From NCBI GenBank assembly GCA_036834825.1, contig DAITND010000001.1:3309-67308 (forward strand): DNA of 64,000 nucleotides, in the 5' to 3' direction. Both the position numbers and the translations under genes were made by a program. Positions within the stretch are counted from its first letter, which is position 1. Each line of letters opens with the position of its first letter. The notes beneath the pieces are model-generated. The model was not told where the DNA came from and made no database searches. It saw only the letters and a list, made by a program, of their open reading frames with translations. This stretch comes from Dermatophilaceae bacterium. Its GTDB lineage: Bacteria > Actinomycetota > Actinomycetes > Actinomycetales > Dermatophilaceae. Of this stretch, positions 1 to 7,715 are shown in pieces.

Positions 1-188
1 TCGGTGACCAACTGCTCCTCGCCCGACGCGACGTCCATCACCCACAGGCAGGTCATCGGGTCGGCACCTCCCTGTGAGCGCAGGAACACCACCCGATCCC
101 CCGCCGGGGTGATGGTCACGTCTCGGGGCACGCCCAGGGTGAAGCGACGCGTGCGGACATACTGCTGCAGCAAGTTCGGCTCGGTCAC
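1..188 (-). CDS. S9 family peptidase (prolyl oligopeptidase / DPP-IV type), N-terminal end only; gene runs off the left edge
   Basis: Reverse translation from GTG at 188 gives VTEPNLLQQYVRTRRFTLGVPRDVTITPAGDRVVFLRSQGGADPMTCLWVMDVASGEEQLVT. This is a typical N-terminus of actinobacterial S9 peptidases. An in-frame stop lies upstream at 267-269. Confidence 0.5.
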   Translation of the reverse strand, partial: MTEPNLLQQYVRTRRFTLGVPRDVTITPAGDRVVFLRSQGGADPMTCLWVMDVASGEEQLVT

Positions 189-787
189 CCAACACAGAAT
201 GCCCCTGTCAACATCGGCGAAGGCCAGTGGGATCTCCTGCGCCAAGCACCTACCGGATCGCCGGCATCACTAACGCGCTCTCGAGAAGCCTTCACGAACC
301 GCCTCCCGGCCGAGCGCCGTTGTCCGCACTGCGACAGCGGCCGGTCAAGAATCGTGTGGCGGTACTGGTCAGTAGTAGCGAGATGGGTCAAGGAATCGCC
401 ATCCACGTTCCGAGCGTCGCCTCCGCGGACGTCTGGAGTGTCGGTCCACATGACCCAACGGATTTCCAAGGAGGGCGCCGGTACTTCGAGCAAACAAATG
501 CCGCCCTCGAAAGGGTGGGGGGCTTCGTTATACGAGGTCAAGCAACTGCTAACAGTGAGTTAGCAACTCGCTGAGCAGGATCAGGGCGACCCCGGATCCT
601 GTCCATGGCATCAACAAGGGCCAACCGGACGACTGAGCGTGCCACACGGCACCCACGTACTCGCACCTTTTGGTCGCTTCTACGACATCTGTGTAGGGAT
701 GGGACTAGACGGTGCAAGGGCCCGGCCAGTACGAAAACATGGACCGGGGGCCCGGACCGATCATGTGACTAGATTGCGTCCCCGATC

Positions 788-1107
788 ATGAGCGCCATCA
801 TGGACGAGAAAGCGGTGGGCGGCACTAGCGGCCTGCGGATCGTAAGAAACGGCGACGAGATCCACTACGGCTCCGGCCGAGGGCTGACGATGGCGATGGC
901 GATGGCGATCGAGGATTCCCCGATCCCCAGCGAAGGTCAGGCCAAGGCGCCGTCGTGGCGATGCTCAGCATCGACGACTTCAAGGACCAGAACTGGATCC
1001 AAGTCGACTCGCCACGGGGTCGGAGCGTTCTCGTCACGATCGAGCGCACCATCGTCCTGTCGAGCGAGGTGCGGGACGGGCTGCAGGTTACGGCGGCGAC
1101 GGCATGA
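788..1107 (+). CDS. Hypothetical small ORF, apparently split over two frames
   Basis: The frame starting at 788 reads MSAIMDEKAVGGTSGLRIVRNGDEIHYGSGRGLT..., which looks protein-like, then becomes Arg/Ser-rich. A second frame continues with VVAMLSIDDFKDQNWIQVDSPRGRSVLVTIERTIVLSSEVRDGLQVTAATA and stops at 1105-1107. No family recognised. Confidence 0.2.
889..909. repeat. (GATGGC)x3 hexanucleotide tandem repeat
   Basis: gatggc gatggc gatggc gat read directly at 889-909; it encodes the MAMAMA stretch. Confidence 0.9.
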
Positions 1108-1225
1108 GCGTGCACGCACTGCGCGAGGCGGCGCCCCCTTCGGCATCGGCATCCCCATTAGTCCGCCCAGCGCGACGATCCGCGCGAGGAATGGACCGAG
1201 TTAGAGCGCGCGCGGATAAGCGGGT

Positions 1226-1990
1226 CTAGTTGGTCCATCGTTTGGCCCCTTTGACGAGTTTCACGGTCAGGATGAGGGCGACGGCGAGTGCGACCTGTCC
1301 GAGTCGTTGTTTGCTGAACCGATCGGTGTTGCGGCGCAGCTGACCAAAGTTTGAGAACCAGGAGTTGACGGGTTCAACGGGCCAGCGCAGTCCGAGGGTG
1401 AGCGGTTTTTTGATCTTCGCTTCGCTCTTGGGTTTCTTCTTGGCGCAGACGATGTCGGTGAGCCCCAGGGCCTGGCAGCGTTCGGTGGTGAGGAAGCTGT
1501 CGTAGCCACGGTCCAGGTGCAAGGTCTCAATGCCCAGCAGGAGTCCGCGGTCGGCGACGGCTTGCAGCGGTCCCTTCACCACCGCACGGGGTTTTGTGCG
1601 GGCTGCCGTGGACGGCGACCTCGGACAGTTCCAGGCCGATGATCTTGTCGTAGCCGGCGATGGCTTCTTCGACGAGCTGGTCAAACACCCCGGTGGTGGG
1701 CCATTGGGTGCGCCGGCCGCGCAGCGCGGTCTGGTTTGCCCGGCAGAGCCGGGCTGCGAGGTCCCAGGAGCAGCCGGCGGGCGAGCCTGGCCCAGGATGC
1801 CGTCGAAGCAGTCCTGGTCCGGGATGGGCAGCCGGTGGCAGCCCTGGTCGAAATTCTCGACACTGGTTTCGCCCACCGAGAAGATCCCGCGCCGGGGCAG
1901 CCAGCAGTCTCCGAGCCGCGTCTGCTCGAGGAGTGGACCGGGCGGCCCGACGTCGACCTCGTCGACGACGGCGGGGCTGTCGGCGATGCT
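1226..1990 (-). mobile_element. IS5-family (DDE) transposase remnant, frameshifted and internally deleted
   Basis: One frame holds the N-terminal motif PLLEQTRLGDCWLPRRG...GCHRLPIPDQDCFDGIL. A second frame reads GVFDQLVEEAIAGYDKIIGLELSEVAVHGSPHKTPCGGEGT. A third holds the C-terminal LHLDRGYDSFLTTERCQALGLTDIVCAKK...RWPVEPVNSWFSNFGQLRRNTDRF. The PCGGEG and LDRGYDS blocks abut near 1525-1600, so about 100 aa of the catalytic core are missing. Element ends were not identified. Confidence 0.7.
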
Positions 1991-2178
1991 CCGGATCCGG
2001 CGCGGGTTCGCCTTGAACGACTGACCTTCCGGCGCAGTCCCCGCCAGCGGAACTCGCGCGGCTCCTTGAACCGGTGCGGCCGCACATCCCATCGCGGCGT
2101 GCACCACGCGGTGGTCCCACATCGCGCGCGGCATCAGCCGACCGGCGCCAGTCATTGGCGCGGTCCTGGGTGCGCTGC

Positions 2179-2190
2179 AGCTCAATGTTC
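2179..2190. repeat. 12-bp direct repeat, copy 1 (agctcaatgttc)
   Basis: Exact 12-mer read at 2179-2190 and again at 2489-2500. Confidence 0.9.
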
Positions 2191-2488
2191 CACACAAGTG
2201 CTCCGCGAACCTCGAGGCTGAGCCGGCACGGTCCCGTCCACATGATCGAGATGTCGACCATGGACGCAGCGCTGATCGCGGCGTCGGAGTGTCCGGTGCA
2301 ACTCGCGGAAATGGGGGTGCCTTCGTCGAGGACCCAGGTTGCGTCCGAGCCGCGGTGCCGCACAGAGTGGTAGGGCCGACCGAACGTGTTGGCCGGGAAA
2401 TGCCGCAGCGCGAGGTAGTGGTCGCTGCGGAATGGCAGCCCCATCACGTCGTACCCCGCGAAACGCTCACGCAGGCCAGCGACGGGAG

Positions 2489-2500
2489 AGCTCAATGTTC
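2489..2500. repeat. 12-bp direct repeat, copy 2 (agctcaatgttc), at the point where the LuxR HTH reading frame loses homology
   Basis: Exact 12-mer. On the minus strand the LuxR helix reads ...KTARNHGAH and family similarity stops immediately before this repeat. Confidence 0.9.
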
Positions 2501-3155
2501 GGTGCGCTCCGTGGTTGCGGGCCGTCTTGGGGGCGATGTGCAGCTCGGTGCCCACCTCGATGGCTGAACAGCCGCGCGCGATGAGCCGCAGGACGTCGAC
2601 CTCGCGGTCCGTCAGCCCAGCTGGCCACGAGCCGCGAGCCGGCCGGGTGTGCCCAGCAGCGGCGAGGATGGCCTCGACCGCTGGTCCGTCGAGACGTCCG
2701 GCCCGGACCTCCTCGCGGAGGACTTCCGTCGCACCGTCCGGTCCGTGTGCCGGTTGATGCGGATGCGGTTCTCGCAACGACTGGTAAGTGTCGGCGGCGG
2801 CGAGGACACGTTCGGGAAGCCGTAGTTCCGCTCCCGATGTCCCCTGGGGGTAGCCGGAACCGTCGAGCCGTTCGTGGTGCGCACCGGCGAGTTGCGCAAT
2901 TCCGTGCACCGCGTCGACGCGAGCCAGGATGCGTTGTATCAGGTACGGGTGCAAGCGCACACGCTCCTTCTCAGCCGTCGACAGGGCGGATGTCTTGCCC
3001 CATACCCGATTCGGCACCCCTATCCGCCCGAGATCCAGCACGTGCCCGGCGCGTCGTAGCGCGCCCACCTGTGGGCCATCCAGGCCGAGCCTGGCACCAG
3101 CCTGGGCAGCGAGCTCGGCCACCACCCGCGAATGACCCACTACTGGTTGCTCCAC
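2500..3155 (-). pseudogene. HD-GYP domain + LuxR-type HTH regulator, truncated at both ends
   Basis: HD-GYP motifs are present: GHSRVVAELA..., HHERLDGSGYPQG. These are followed by the LuxR HTH LTDREVDVLRLIARGCSAIEVGTELHIAPKTARNH. The frame opens only 6 codons after a stop, so the usual residues before the HD histidine are missing. The HTH is cut in its last helix. The 542-aa ORF 1527..3155 is a read-through chimera into unrelated sequence and the IS remnant. Confidence 0.6.
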
Positions 3156-3211
3156 AGATGATGCCGGTCGTCATGCAGGCGCTGCAGCCATCCAGCTGCC
3201 CCAACGGCTCC

Positions 3212-3811
3212 CTATGGCATCGGAATCTGGGTCTCGGGCGAGGGCGGGGCTGGGGTTGGGGTTGGCGCCAGTTTGACCTGGACGGAGGATCCCTTCGGGG
3301 CAGACGCGCCCCTGTTCGGATTCTGGGACTCCACGGTCGCGGTGGCGTCTTTCGACTCGGGCGGGTTGATCTCCAGTTTCAGGGATGTCTTGCCGAGGGT
3401 GCTGGCCGCCGTTGCCTCGTCCATTCCGTGCAGGGCAGGGACGACTTCGCCTCCAATGATGGTTTGTATGAGATCCTGTCGCGCCTGCTCTGTGGACTTC
3501 GTCGAGAGGTAGTAAGCCATCGCGGACCCGACGCTCGCTGTGAGACCACCGATGAGAGTGCTGCGCAGGGTCTGGTCTTCGATCGCGAAGGTCAGTGCGC
3601 AAAACAGTAGAAGGCCAATGACGGGGCTGATCGCGATCCAGCTGCGCACGACGCTCGCACCTGCCTCGAACCCAGCGGAACCCTTGTCGGATCTGGTCCC
3701 TCCGCTCCCCGCGGCTCGACCGCCGGCTTGGCGACGGGCCATCATCACCACAATGCCTGCGGCGAGCAACACGAACCCCATGATCAGGAGCGCCGCCAAC
3801 GTTTGCCCCAA
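3212..3811 (-). CDS. Membrane protein with C-terminal PASTA domain
   Basis: Two hydrophobic helices are visible (LIMGFVLLAAGIVVMM; ISPVIGLLLFCALTFAI). A PASTA-like segment follows: VVPALHGMDEATAASTLGKTSLKLEINPPESKDATATVESQNPNRGASAPKGSSVQVKL. The tail is Pro/Thr-rich. The start is uncertain (TTG 3811 directly after a stop, or ATG 3781). Confidence 0.55.
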   Translation of the reverse strand: MGQTLAALLIMGFVLLAAGIVVMMARRQAGGRAAGSGGTRSDKGSAGFEAGASVVRSWIAISPVIGLLLFCALTFAIEDQTLRSTLIGGLTASVGSAMAYYLSTKSTEQARQDLIQTIIGGEVVPALHGMDEATAASTLGKTSLKLEINPPESKDATATVESQNPNRGASAPKGSSVQVKLAPTPTPAPPSPETQIPMP

Positions 3812-4157
3812 CTAAGCGTGGTCGGTCCAACCACTGCCAACTGGGTGGGAGGAGGAGTCGCGGGTGCAGTCCCATCTGCCACGCGCAACAACACGGTCAT
3901 CGTGACCTCCTGCAAGATGATGGCGAGCAACCTTGGTCACGGACTACCGTGCAGGCCGCTGTTACGAGTTGGGTGCCCTTCGCCACAAGTCTTCCTGCCG
4001 CCCCCGAACTGTCGGATCACATGTTCAGAGGGACCTCCGCGAGGGGTCGGCTGGCGGTCGTGACCGAGATCGAGACGACCAGCATGAGCGACGTGGTCTG
4101 CCTCTGGTCGAGATCTGCGCCGTCGCGATTGCGGCAACCGCACCGGCCACCCCACTC

Positions 4158-4652
4158 CTAGCCGATGACGAAGTTCAGGCCCACCACGGACTCCAGCGTG
4201 GCACTCATCGCATGCAGCGACACCGCCCAGGTCTGGTCTCCGACAACTCCGTCCACGCCGACACCGCCCCACCCTTGGAAGGCCTCCACGGAGGCGCGGG
4301 TGTGCGGGCCGAAGTCGCCGTCGACACCTTGCGGGGTGATGCCCCACTGGCCGGGTGTGCCGTTGGTGAGGACAGTTTGCAGGTCTGCGACGACATTGCC
4401 GGTTGAGCCTTCGGCCAAGAGGGGCATCGGGCCACCGTCTGGCAGCGCCTGCCATGTCAGGGGCCCGACAACCCCATCGGGTACCAGGGAGTCACCTTCT
4501 TGAAACGCCTTCACCGCGGATTCTGTCTGCCAACCGAAGACCCCGTCGACCTTCAGCTCGAGGTCCGGTGTCCGGCGCAGCGCCCGTTGCAGACGCCGCA
4601 CAACGTCACCGCTAGCGCCCGGGCTGATGGTGGGCTGTCCTGGGTTCGACAT
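4158..4652 (-). CDS. Protein with two peptidoglycan-binding (PG_binding_1-like) repeats, no catalytic domain
   Basis: Two repeats: GDVVRRLQRALRR...DGVFGWQTESAVKAFQ...DGVVGPLTWQAL and GNVVADLQTVL...DGDFGPHTRASVEAFQ...DGVVGDQTWAV. ATG at 4652 is preceded by gaaggag. No obvious signal peptide or TM helix. Confidence 0.6.
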   Translation of the reverse strand: MSNPGQPTISPGASGDVVRRLQRALRRTPDLELKVDGVFGWQTESAVKAFQEGDSLVPDGVVGPLTWQALPDGGPMPLLAEGSTGNVVADLQTVLTNGTPGQWGITPQGVDGDFGPHTRASVEAFQGWGGVGVDGVVGDQTWAVSLHAMSATLESVVGLNFVIG

Positions 4653-4914
4653 CACAACACTCCTTCTGCTCGATCGGTGGACGAGTTGAGCCGGGATGGC
4701 TGCTAGAACAAGTGCTCGATACGTCAAACCCAAGCCCCAGCACGGCTATACCACCAAGAATCGGATCGGCGATGTCGCGTGTCAAGGGTATGGATTGCCT
4801 AACCTGCCCGCGTCTCAGCCGGCTCGTGGTCCGTTCCCACGGATGTCGACGGCTCCGCCCCAAGTCTTTGAATGTGCTTCCGCCGAAACGCACACTGCCG
4901 AATGCTGGTACGTT

Positions 4915-5410
4915 CGGCTATCAGGCATCCTGGTCGTATTCCTCGTCCGTGAAGTCGGCATCAGTCCCGGCGGCGTAGGCCTGCTCATCTCCGGGATGAG
5001 CGTGGGAAGCGTTATCGGCGCAGCCAGCGCCGCAGCCCTCGCCCGACGGTTCGGCACTGCCCGCGCTCTGCTGCTCAGCGAACTGGTCGCGGCGCCATTC
5101 GCGTTGCTCCTCCCGCTGACCAGCCACGGCCCGGGGGGCTGTACGTGGTGGCTGGCGGCATCGTCAGCGGCAACATCATCAAAGGCAGCTTCAGGCAGAC
5201 CTACACCCCCCGACACCTGCTCGGCCGCGTCATCGTCACCATGCACTCCTGAACTACGGCACCATCCCGCTGGGCGCCCTGCTCGCAGGCGTCCTCGGCG
5301 CCACCCTCGGCCTGTGACCCCCCCATGTGGATCATGGCGGTCGGCCTCATTCTCGCCAGCCTCGCCCTCCTGACCGGTCCCATTCGACACCACCGCGACC
5401 TGCCCATCGC
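4915..5410 (+). pseudogene. MFS transporter remnant (C-terminal half only, several frameshifts)
   Basis: Frame 1 reads VFLVREVGISPGGVGLLISGMSVGSVIGAASAAALARRFGTARALLLSELVAAPFALLLPL. Frame 2 reads LYVVAGGIVSGNIIKGSFRQTYTPRHLLGRVIVTMH. Further frames read NYGTIPLGALLAGVLGATLGL and then PMWIMAVGLILASLALLTGPIRHHRDLP. The N-terminal six helices are absent. Confidence 0.6.
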
Positions 5411-5535
5411 CCCAGGGTCTCGCGGAACCGTCCACAAACGGTCACGGATCCGTCATCGGACACCGATGCGAAGTCCGCGGTTAGGTCACGGTTAGATCCG
5501 GGTGTTTGTGGACAACGGATAGTCGAACCGTGGCC

Positions 5536-6294
5536 TCAAGTGTGGCGCCGGACCACCTGCTGAAGCCTGGCGTCGTGCGCTCCATGCCAGTAGACGTGCC
5601 CGCAGGATCGGCACTGGGAGAATTGCTGCTGCGTGCGCAATGTCCCTGGTCTAAGCTGGTCTGCCACCTGGGCCTTCGGAACCGACATCAGCGTTCCTCC
5701 GCAGACCAGACACAGCCTCCACGGCTGCAGGGGCGGCTGGAAGCGCTCGATGACGTCGGTCAGCTGGTCGTCGGGGTCCTGCCCGCGCACGAAGGCGGCA
5801 CGGTGCAGCGCCCGGCGCATCAACAGTCCCCGGTCTCGGCTGAGCAGTACGCGGTCCTCGCGTTCGGCCTGCTCGACGAGATGGTCATCCTCAGCTTCTT
5901 TGTCATACGCCGCGTCGACACCCAGGAGCCGAAGCCTGCGGGCCAGGGCGCCGAGATGCACGTCCAAGAGGAATAGCGCCGGCCCATCCAGGGACTGCGG
6001 CCGCGCTCGGACGACGACGTCGAGCCGGTCCCGATCCTGCAACCGACTCCGCCAGGACACTGAAGTATCCGCCACGACCAGGTCCCCGACCTCGGTCAGA
6101 GGCACGCCTGCACTCTGGACGAGATGCCCAACTGCGGCAGTCGGGTCGTGAGGCAGGTCGAGCTCGCCGCTGACGCGGACCCTGCGCGGCAGGAAGAAGC
6201 GCAGGGCTGGGTGGATGCGCAGCCGGACCGTGCCGGGCGCCACGGGGGTTTCCGCCGAACCAGCTCGCTGCGTGGTGTTGTCTTCTCTGTGCAT
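5536..6294 (-). CDS. Mut7-C RNase (PIN-like) protein with N-terminal ubiquitin-like domain and C-terminal zinc ribbon
   Basis: The N-terminal part VRLRIHPALRFFLPRR...LDLPHDPTAAVGHLVQSAGVPLTEV is ubiquitin-like. The RNase core reads FLLDVHLGALARRLRLLGVDAAYDKEAEDDHLVEQAEREDRVLLSRDRGLL. Zinc ribbon: CLVCGG...CRSCGHVYWHGAH. The start could be GTG 6429 instead of ATG 6294. Confidence 0.7.
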   Translation of the reverse strand: MHREDNTTQRAGSAETPVAPGTVRLRIHPALRFFLPRRVRVSGELDLPHDPTAAVGHLVQSAGVPLTEVGDLVVADTSVSWRSRLQDRDRLDVVVRARPQSLDGPALFLLDVHLGALARRLRLLGVDAAYDKEAEDDHLVEQAEREDRVLLSRDRGLLMRRALHRAAFVRGQDPDDQLTDVIERFQPPLQPWRLCLVCGGTLMSVPKAQVADQLRPGTLRTQQQFSQCRSCGHVYWHGAHDARLQQVVRRHT

Positions 6295-6832
6295 GCCTTC
6301 GCCGTGCCTCCGCCGAGCGGGGCAGACGTCGTCGTGACGCAGATCAGCCACGGCTCCAGACTCGTCCACCATCAAGCCGGACGCCAGTCGTTTCAGCTGG
6401 GGCCGCGCAGCCTGAGGCCCTGGAGCCACGGCCGCCAGTTCGTCGTCGCGAAGGGCAACCTTCCCACGCTTGGTCAGGCAATTGAGGATTCCCTTCGCGC
6501 CGACTTGTGGATGAACATGCGATCTCGTTGACCACTGATCACGCGCTGATCCGGGGCGATCCCTCGATAGACGATCCCTGGCCGTTCATCAACGCGCACT
6601 GTTCGCGGCCAGGTCCGGGCGTTCTGCGCGCGAACGCGGATGCCTACCGCTTGCCGTACCGTGTGGCTCCGGTCTTCAGAAATGGGATGGTATGGAACCG
6701 TGGAATTGCTGCAGCCGCCAGCCATTGGCTGTCTGAACGGCGAGTGCGTCGCGGCCGCCGAGCCGCAGTTGCGCGAGGTATGGGGGTGAGGTTTCCGATC
6801 GGTGGACCGCACTCGTGTGGTCGAGCGCCCGA

Positions 6833-7705
6833 CTATGGCGCGAGAATCTGCAGCGCGCCGGGACGCAACCGCACGGTGATCGGCAGGCGCGCGAGTTCGT
6901 CGCCGTCACCGCAGACTGGCAGTGGACGATCGGCGCTGAGCGTGACCTCGCGGGCTGTGCTCATGCTGACCTCGGGGCGATTGATATGCGTGCCGTGTTG
7001 TGCCTGACGCATGAACGAGACGACGGCGCGGCGCGGTCCGTCACCGACGATCAGAACATCAAGCAGGCCGTCGTCGAGTTTCGCAGGCGGAAGGATCTGC
7101 AGGCCGTGCCCGTACGCGCCGGAGTTCGCGAGCACCACCATGTGTGCTTTGACCGTGGTCGTCACACCATCGGCGCGAATCGTGTAGGTGGCCGCCTTCC
7201 AGGTGACGATCGCGCGAATCGGTGCGAGGCGATAGAGCAGTGCGCTTGGTATCCAGCGGCTGCCGTTGATTATCCGGTTCGCCACCGAGTCGATCCCCGC
7301 GTACACATTGCCGGGGACGATCGTGCCGTTGATGTCGAGCACGTCGATCGTCTTTGCCGGGCAGTCCAGCAAAAGCGCGGCCAGGCCGTCGTTGGTCGTC
7401 GGCAGACGCAGTGCGCGGGCCAGGTCGTTGCCCCTCCCGGCCGGTACGATGCCCAGCAGCGTGCCGCCGGACGCGACCGCAACGCCGGCGACGTCGCGCA
7501 CCAATCCGTCACCGCCGACAGCGACGACGACATCGCCCTCGGCGGCCGCGGCCGTCGCTAGTTCAATCGCGTGCTCGCGGCTGTGGGTGATCTCTTCGCG
7601 CACGGTTGCGCCGGCGTGCCGAATGCGTTCGGCGATCGGCGCCCAGTGCCTCGCGGCGCGGCCGCCGCCGGAGATCGGGTTGACCAGTGCGGTGAACGAG
7701 CGCAT
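6833..7705 (-). CDS. Diacylglycerol kinase-family lipid kinase (Rv2252-like)
   Basis: MRSFTALVNPISGGGRAARHW...GDVVVAVGGDGLVRDVAGV...LGIVPAGRGNDLAR is the DAGK catalytic-domain signature. It sits directly downstream of the AGPS-like gene, as in M. tuberculosis Rv2251/Rv2252. Confidence 0.85.
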   Translation of the reverse strand: MRSFTALVNPISGGGRAARHWAPIAERIRHAGATVREEITHSREHAIELATAAAAEGDVVVAVGGDGLVRDVAGVAVASGGTLLGIVPAGRGNDLARALRLPTTNDGLAALLLDCPAKTIDVLDINGTIVPGNVYAGIDSVANRIINGSRWIPSALLYRLAPIRAIVTWKAATYTIRADGVTTTVKAHMVVLANSGAYGHGLQILPPAKLDDGLLDVLIVGDGPRRAVVSFMRQAQHGTHINRPEVSMSTAREVTLSADRPLPVCGDGDELARLPITVRLRPGALQILAP

Positions 7706-7715
7706 GTCAGCCGCC

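Noticed and set aside
185-541. 118-aa minus-strand ORF (MTSYNEAPHPFEGGICLLEVPAPSLEIRWVMWTDTPDVRGG...) upstream of the S9 peptidase start.
   Set aside because: The first ~60 aa look vaguely protein-like, but I recognise no family. The C-terminal half is Arg-rich and overlaps the peptidase start region in another frame. It is left unannotated.
547-565. Perfect 7-bp hairpin tgctaac-agtga-gttagca in the lower-GC spacer near the left end.
   Set aside because: The stem is short, there is no U-tract and no adjacent confirmed gene. It could arise by chance, and no function can be supported.
1527-3155. Single 542-aa ORF that could be read as one large HD-GYP/LuxR protein.
   Set aside because: Only the first ~220 aa have family similarity. 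The rest is read-through into an unrelated fragment and then into the IS5 transposase frame. It is a chimera created by the absence of stop codons.
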